Source: Fibrobacter succinogenes subsp. succinogenes S85 (GTDB lineage: Bacteria > Fibrobacterota > Fibrobacteria > Fibrobacterales > Fibrobacteraceae). From it: DNA of 32,000 nucleotides. The stretch lies in the NCBI RefSeq assembly GCF_000146505.1, contig NC_017448.1, forward strand, positions 2,070,001-2,102,000. The letters run 5' to 3'. The notes under the pieces are model-generated. The model was not told the origin of the DNA. It saw only the letters and a program-made list of their open reading frames with translations, and searched no databases. The position numbers and the translations under genes were made by a program. Numbering within the stretch: position 1 is the first letter of the stretch; every line of letters starts with the position of its first letter. This document shows, one piece after another, positions 27,680-32,000 of the stretch.

Positions 27680-27707
27680 GGCGAGAGACGAGAGACGAAA
27701 GACGAGA
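27680..27707. repeat. Tandem heptamer array (GACGAGA), 4 units
   Basis: The units are ggcgaga gacgaga gacgaaa gacgaga. It shares an exact 20-mer with 13542-13561. Confidence 0.85.
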
Positions 27708-27756
27708 GAAGGAAAAATGTGGGTAATGGAGTAGGAAGAAATTATATTTATCTGCG

Positions 27757-28452
27757 ATGAATCAAAAACCGTTTCCAACAGACAAAGCATCCTTAGAAAA
27801 GTACGAGAAGCGAGTTCAAAACTTCACGTTCGGACGACTCGAAAAAGAATGGGAAATCGTCAAAGACGATCCGACGCCGGAACGCAGAGACATCGTTGCC
27901 ATGGAACTCCGCGAATGGGAGAAAATGCGAAGCGAAGCAAATCACGACTTCACAAAGTACATGCTTCTCCTTTATTGCGTAGGAGGCGTGTGCGCAACCG
28001 AATACCTTTACTTGTTCGTAGGCATTATCAAACGAATACTTGGCGCCCCTCCGCATCCAGAAATCCAATTTACGGATTACCTTCCCTATTTTCCATATTC
28101 TTGCGCCATCGTCTGCTTAACATTTTGCATTTATTCCGTTTGGAACGAAAAGAAAAAAAATTTTATTGACAAAATAAAAGAATTTGGTCATACCGTAATC
28201 ACAGAAGTAATTTCCGTCTTTTTCACTGCAAACGGTCTTGTCGGGCTTATTTTTGGTAGCTATTACGGATTTTTCGTAATGCCGGGACCGATTGTTTCGC
28301 GCATCATTTCAGGCATCATCATCATTTTGTCCGTCTTCTACTTCTATAACCATCAGGCTGACAAGTACAAAGGAATATTATTCAAGAATTCAATTCCTTT
28401 ATTATTGATTTCGCTTGCCTTGGAACAAATCGGGCGACTGACAATTTTGTAA
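27757..28452 (+). CDS. Hypothetical membrane protein A (231 aa): charged helical N-terminal ~65 aa plus 4-5 hydrophobic helices; family not recognised
   Basis: It is a long ORF with clear hydrophobic segments (YMLLLYCVGGVCATEYLYLFVGII, YSCAIVCLTFCIYSVW, VISVFFTANGLVGLIFGSYYGFFVM, IISGIIIILSVFYFY). It is a paralog of the next gene. It is AT-rich and has no SD. Confidence 0.7.
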   Translation: MNQKPFPTDKASLEKYEKRVQNFTFGRLEKEWEIVKDDPTPERRDIVAMELREWEKMRSEANHDFTKYMLLLYCVGGVCATEYLYLFVGIIKRILGAPPHPEIQFTDYLPYFPYSCAIVCLTFCIYSVWNEKKKNFIDKIKEFGHTVITEVISVFFTANGLVGLIFGSYYGFFVMPGPIVSRIISGIIIILSVFYFYNHQADKYKGILFKNSIPLLLISLALEQIGRLTIL

Positions 28453-28462
28453 ATTCATTTAC

Positions 28463-29146
28463 ATGCAAGAAGAAAAGACTCAAGCCGAAGAATCTCTGGA
28501 AGCGTTCACAAAACGCATTCACAAACTCTCGTACGATGAGCTTTATGACGAGCTCGACGCCGCCGAGAAAGCAGAATCCGAAGAACGCATTGCAATCGTC
28601 GAAAAACGGATTGACGAACTTGAGCCGATTGAGCAAAAGAAAAAGAAACTCCAAAGAGAGAAGGAAAATTTCAAGCTCGCCTTGGGATATTGGCCTCTAG
28701 GCACTGCTTTTGGTGGAATTTATGTAACAAGGCAAATCGCTTATTACCTTCAAAACAAGCAGTTTGGTTCAACGGAAGCACTGAAAACAATCAATCTCAC
28801 CGAATTATTGCCATACGTTCCTTACGTAAGCACTATCATCGGTATACTTATAGTTTATTCATGGAGCTATCTGCGCCGGAAGAAAAGAACTTTAGACTTG
28901 GGGATTACCGGACTTTGCTTATCCAAGGCTGTAATAGGCTTGCTCTATGGAAGCTACCCCGGATTTTTCATAACACCGGGAGCCTTTCTTTCGCGAGTTA
29001 TCGCCTGTATTGTCGCCACACTTTCGTTAGTATTCATGTACAACGTATTCACGAAAAAACGCACCGGCATTTTTTACGATAACGCATGGCCGCTGCTATT
29101 GATAACTATTGCCGCAGAACAAATCGGCTGGCTGGAATATTTGTAA
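28463..29146 (+). CDS. Hypothetical membrane protein B (227 aa), paralog of A
   Basis: The shared motifs are LPY[FV]PY, G[LI][IL][FY]GSY.GFF..PG and PLLLI..A.EQIG.L. The N-terminus is a Glu/Lys-rich predicted coiled coil (YDELYDELDAAEKAESEERIAIVEKRIDELEPIEQKKKKLQREKE). It starts 10 nt after the stop codon of A and has no SD. Confidence 0.7.
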   Translation: MQEEKTQAEESLEAFTKRIHKLSYDELYDELDAAEKAESEERIAIVEKRIDELEPIEQKKKKLQREKENFKLALGYWPLGTAFGGIYVTRQIAYYLQNKQFGSTEALKTINLTELLPYVPYVSTIIGILIVYSWSYLRRKKRTLDLGITGLCLSKAVIGLLYGSYPGFFITPGAFLSRVIACIVATLSLVFMYNVFTKKRTGIFYDNAWPLLLITIAAEQIGWLEYL

Positions 29147-29157
29147 TTAGCACAAGT

Positions 29158-29178
29158 GCGTAGGCGGTGCGCCTGCGC
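29158..29178. terminator. Hairpin between convergent membrane protein B and the M23 gene
   Basis: GCGTAGGCG-gtg-CGCCTGCGC forms a 9-bp stem with one G-U pair. U tracts are poor on both strands. Confidence 0.4.
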
Positions 29179-29193
29179 TGTTGCGAATAGCGA

Positions 29194-30012
29194 CTATTTT
29201 GTTATAAAGTAATCTTCAGGGTTGACAGGGACACCGTTCACGCGAATTTCGTAATGGAGTCCAAGACTCGACTGGAGGCCGCTCTTGCCGATAAGGGCAA
29301 TCGGATCGCCACGGCGAACTTTGTCTCCCTTTTTCACAAGCGTTTCACCGAGATGCGCATAGAACGTCTTCACATGCTCCAGGTGTTCAATTTTCATTGA
29401 AAGCCCAAAGCCACGATGCTTGCGGACTTCAACAACTTCACCCGCGCCAGGCGCATATACAGTATCGCCTTCGGCAGCCAAAAAGTCAACTCCACGATGC
29501 GGGAGTTCCTGGTCCGTGAACGCATCAAAAACCATTTCAAAACGGCTCTTGATGTCGTGATGGTTCTTGAGCGGGTGCAAAACCGGAACATGGGCCGCAA
29601 GCGCCGAATCCGCCTCAAGCTTGTTGAGAGTCTTACGGAACGTTGACCTCATTGCATGCAAATTCTTTTTCGGAGCGTCATCATCGGTAGTATTTTCAAG
29701 CGTAAAGCCAAGGCCGCCCAGTTTCAGGGAGCTGTCACGGACAACGCGTGTTTCTTCAATCTTCAAAATTGTCGTATCAACCACCGTGCGGATTTTCTTG
29801 ATCTCGTCCTTGATGACAGAATTCTGGTGATAGACTTCCATCAAGTTGCCATTCGACAAGTTTTCCACAATCTGCACCGGCGAGAACATGATAAAGCCCA
29901 AGATTGCGCAAATAGTTAGTATAAAGTAAACAACAGCACGCCTTACGGAAAAAGTGACCGTTTTTCCGCGCGATTCCTTGTTCGGATAAAGATGGACCTC
30001 AAGCTTTTTCAC
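29194..30012 (-). CDS. Membrane-anchored M23 (LytM-domain) peptidase-family protein with a partly degenerate active site
   Basis: There is an N-terminal TM segment VVYFILTICAILGFIMF. The motifs HRGVDF (HxxxD), FYAHL and GDPIALIGKSG are present. The HxH motif reads GLHYE, with the first His replaced by Gly. The start is GTG at 30012, with GAAGG 6 nt upstream. Confidence 0.8.
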   Translation of the reverse strand: MKKLEVHLYPNKESRGKTVTFSVRRAVVYFILTICAILGFIMFSPVQIVENLSNGNLMEVYHQNSVIKDEIKKIRTVVDTTILKIEETRVVRDSSLKLGGLGFTLENTTDDDAPKKNLHAMRSTFRKTLNKLEADSALAAHVPVLHPLKNHHDIKSRFEMVFDAFTDQELPHRGVDFLAAEGDTVYAPGAGEVVEVRKHRGFGLSMKIEHLEHVKTFYAHLGETLVKKGDKVRRGDPIALIGKSGLQSSLGLHYEIRVNGVPVNPEDYFITK

Positions 30013-30280
30013 TAGGACCTTCAGCCTTGTTCAGTTTCTGTTCGAGCTCTGCGACTTGCTTTTTGATTTCAAAGATGGCGCCCACCGCTTCGACGGCAGC
30101 CGTATCATCCTTGATAGAGTCCAGACGGCCTTCCTGAATAGCTTCGTAGACTTTCTGACCGAGCAACTGGAACTTGCTTTTGAGCTTGGACTGCACCATA
30201 GACAACTCAACGCGGGTAAGTACGTTAGACGCACAGTCCTTTGCTGTATTTTTCAGCTTATTTAGAGTTTTTTCGTTCAT
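29999..30280 (-). CDS. Small coiled-coil protein (93 aa) translationally coupled to the M23 gene
   Basis: The product is MNEKTLNKLKNTAKD...VAELEQKLNKAEGPSEKA. The start is set at ATG 30280 (AAAGGTG upstream) rather than 30376. Its stop codon overlaps the M23 start by 14 nt. Confidence 0.6.
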   Translation of the reverse strand: MNEKTLNKLKNTAKDCASNVLTRVELSMVQSKLKSKFQLLGQKVYEAIQEGRLDSIKDDTAAVEAVGAIFEIKKQVAELEQKLNKAEGPSEKA

Positions 30281-30298
30281 AACACCTTTCGACCTGCC

Positions 30299-30326
30299 TT
30301 TAAAATAGTAGATTTTTCGGTATAAA
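30299..30326 (+). promoter_or_regulatory. Sigma-70-like promoter candidate for the small ORF / dnaN unit
   Basis: TTTAAA-N16-TATAAA, ending 17 nt before ATG 30344. Confidence 0.3.
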
Positions 30327-30343
30327 ACAACGGAGATTTTCCT

Positions 30344-30493
30344 ATGAGTCGTAGCGATCGCAGAAGAGCAAAGCAAAACGTCAAAAATTTCGTTCCAAAA
30401 AAGTCAAATGCGCTGGATAAACGAGTCATCGTGCTCCTCGCAATCATCGTCGTTGTATTTTTCGTAGGAACAATGATCATCCAGAGAGGCTAA
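30344..30493 (+). CDS. Small single-pass membrane protein (49 aa), not in the supplied ORF track
   Basis: GGAG lies 8 nt upstream of the start. The product MSRSDRRRAKQNVKNFVPKKSNALDKRVIVLLAIIVVVFFVGTMIIQRG has a basic N-terminus and one TM helix. Its stop codon lies 3 nt before the dnaN ATG. Confidence 0.5.
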   Translation: MSRSDRRRAKQNVKNFVPKKSNALDKRVIVLLAIIVVVFFVGTMIIQRG

Positions 30494-30496
30494 TTC

Positions 30497-31618
30497 ATGA
30501 AGTTTACGATCCAAAAAAATGTGTTGCAGGACGCACTGCAGGCAGCGATTAGCGCCGTCCCGAACAAGTCCACCATCCAGATCCTCAACAACTTTTCGCT
30601 CCGCCTCGAAGGGAACTTCCTCGAAGTGAGCGCTACCGACCTCGACCTCGGTATCAGGGTCAAGGTGGAAGTGCAGGGCGAACGTGATGGTGCAGTCGTC
30701 ATCAACGCACGTAAGCTGTTCGACCAGGTGAAGAGCCTCGTAGACCCGAGCATCACGAACATCACTTTTGACGCTCAGGATTATTTGGTCAAGATCCAGT
30801 GGAGCGAACGCGGTAAGGCAAGCATCATCGGCTTTGACGCCAACGACTTCCCGCCGTTCCCGGAAATTGAAAATGGCGAAACGTTGAACATCGCCGCAAG
30901 CGAACTTGCATTCCTCGCCGAAAAGACATTGTTCGCCACTTCTACCGACTCCACACGCTTGAGCTTGAACGGTGTGTTCCTCGAAGCAAAGGACGGCAAG
31001 ATTTCCATGGTCGCAACAGACGGTCACCGCTTGGGCCGCGCAGCTATTGACCAGGAAGGCGCAGAACTTTCGAACGGCGTCATCATCCCGCACAAGGCTT
31101 TGCAGCACATCTTGCACATGGCTAAGGGCGATTCCACGGTTGAAGTCCGTACCTCTGCAACGCACATCCTCTTCAACACGGGTTCCATCCAGGTCATCTC
31201 GAAGCTTTACGAAGGACCGTATCCGAGCTACCGCTCTGTGATCCCGCAGCAGTTCGAACGTACCGCACAGGCCAACACCACGGAATTCCAGAACAAGATC
31301 CGCAGCGTGATTTCCATGGCTAACGCACGTACCCGCAAGATCCGTTTGCAGTTCGACGGCAACATCCTCGAACTCAGCGCAACGGACCCGGATGTCGGCG
31401 GCGATTCTCGCGAAGCACTCGCTATCACGCACAACGGCGAAGGCAGCTTCTGCATTGGCTTCAATGGCCAGTTCCTCGCAGAAATCCTCGGCATGTGCAA
31501 GAGCGAAGAAGTCATCATGAAGATGAACAACCCGCTTGGCGCCTGCATCATCGAGCCGGTTGGCGAAAACATGAACTTCTCGTTCCTGTTGATGCCGACG
31601 CACCTCACCGACAACTAA
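30497..31618 (+). CDS. dnaN: DNA polymerase III beta subunit (sliding clamp)
   Basis: The product is 373 aa. It shows MKFTIQKNVLQDALQAAISAVPNKSTIQILNNFSL, ATDGHRL and a three-domain length typical of DnaN. GAGAGG lies upstream of the start. Confidence 0.92.
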   Translation: MKFTIQKNVLQDALQAAISAVPNKSTIQILNNFSLRLEGNFLEVSATDLDLGIRVKVEVQGERDGAVVINARKLFDQVKSLVDPSITNITFDAQDYLVKIQWSERGKASIIGFDANDFPPFPEIENGETLNIAASELAFLAEKTLFATSTDSTRLSLNGVFLEAKDGKISMVATDGHRLGRAAIDQEGAELSNGVIIPHKALQHILHMAKGDSTVEVRTSATHILFNTGSIQVISKLYEGPYPSYRSVIPQQFERTAQANTTEFQNKIRSVISMANARTRKIRLQFDGNILELSATDPDVGGDSREALAITHNGEGSFCIGFNGQFLAEILGMCKSEEVIMKMNNPLGACIIEPVGENMNFSFLLMPTHLTDN

Positions 31619-31640
31619 TCGTAGTTCGGAAAGATTTAAG

Positions 31641-31664
31641 GGCTCTCGCGAGAGAGCCTTTTTT
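31641..31664 (+). terminator. Rho-independent terminator after dnaN
   Basis: GGCTCTC-gcga-GAGAGCC is followed by TTTTTT. Confidence 0.85.
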
Positions 31665-31710
31665 AGTGGGAATGTATAGGGAACCGCCGCAGACTTTGAA
31701 TAAAGTAATT

Positions 31711-32000
31711 ATGTCAAGTCAAATTCGTAAACGAGTCAATAAAAAAATCACGAAAGCCATTCACGACTTCAACTTGATTGAAGACGGCGACCGCGTGCTC
31801 ATCGCAACAAGCGGTGGCAAGGATTCTAGCGTGCTGTTGATGGAGCTCGCCGCGCGACTCGGCAAATTCGGACCAAAATGCGAACTTGCCGCCATCCACA
31901 TTCAAAGCGATTTTGCAGACAAGGCTCCTCGCGAATTTTTGCAGCGCATGGCTGAAGAATATCCGCAAGTGCCATTTTACTTTAAGGACGTCGCCGTAGA
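31711..32000 (+). CDS. PP-loop ATPase, TtcA-like tRNA thiolation enzyme (5' part only; runs off the window)
   Basis: The product MSSQIRKRVNKKITKAIHDFNLIEDGDRVLIATSGGKDSSVLL carries the SGGKDS PP-loop. The frame stays open to position 32000. It is missing from the ORF track because it has no stop codon in the window. Confidence 0.7.
   Translation, partial: MSSQIRKRVNKKITKAIHDFNLIEDGDRVLIATSGGKDSSVLLMELAARLGKFGPKCELAAIHIQSDFADKAPREFLQRMAEEYPQVPFYFKDVAV

Noticed and set aside
27515-27707. The possibility that the short tandem repeats form a CRISPR array.
   Set aside because: The units are 7 nt and directly abutting, with no spacers, and there are no cas genes in the window.
30281-30496. A search for oriC-like DnaA-box clusters near dnaN and in the 27394-27756 spacer.
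   Set aside because: Only isolated one- or two-mismatch matches to TTATCCACA were found, for example TGTGGGTAA at 27718-27726. There is no cluster, and dnaA is not in the window.
31714-31968. An 84-aa minus-strand ORF from the supplied track.
   Set aside because: The plus strand encodes a clear PP-loop ATPase N-terminus (SGGKDS) starting at 31711 and running off the window, so the minus ORF is its antisense shadow.

Overview
The window is chromosomal and most likely from Fibrobacter (Fibrobacterota). This is inferred from two tandem ~1,300-aa fibro-slime-domain proteins, secreted esterases with T9SS-type C-terminal tails, roughly 50% GC by eye, and strong avoidance of TTA/CTA/TCA codons. Gene order: murJ (frame broken once); a small lipoprotein; two tandem paralogous SGNH esterases; an ABC-class ATPase (COG3044-like). 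Next comes an envelope block: PEGA protein, LpoB-like lipoprotein, 465-aa lipoprotein, beta-barrel OMP and an OmpR/HisKA two-component pair. Then phosphofructokinase; a 47-aa ORF plus a secreted helical protein; pta; two fibro-slime giants; RNase G; a 360-nt ORF-free repeat spacer; two AT-rich paralogous membrane proteins of unknown family; a coiled-coil protein overlapping an M23 peptidase; a 49-aa membrane ORF; dnaN; and a partial TtcA-like PP-loop ATPase. I found no rRNA, tRNA, CRISPR, transposase, integrase or phage genes. Three items deserve most attention. (1) The AT-rich, Shine-Dalgarno-less tandem membrane-protein pair at 27757-29146 looks like an inserted accessory cassette with no family I recognise. 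(2) Degenerate heptanucleotide tandem arrays occur only between genes, at four loci, and different loci share exact 16- and 20-mers. (3) The PEGA / LpoB-like / large lipoprotein / OMP / two-component cluster. Every functional call comes from reading motifs by eye, because no database search was possible.
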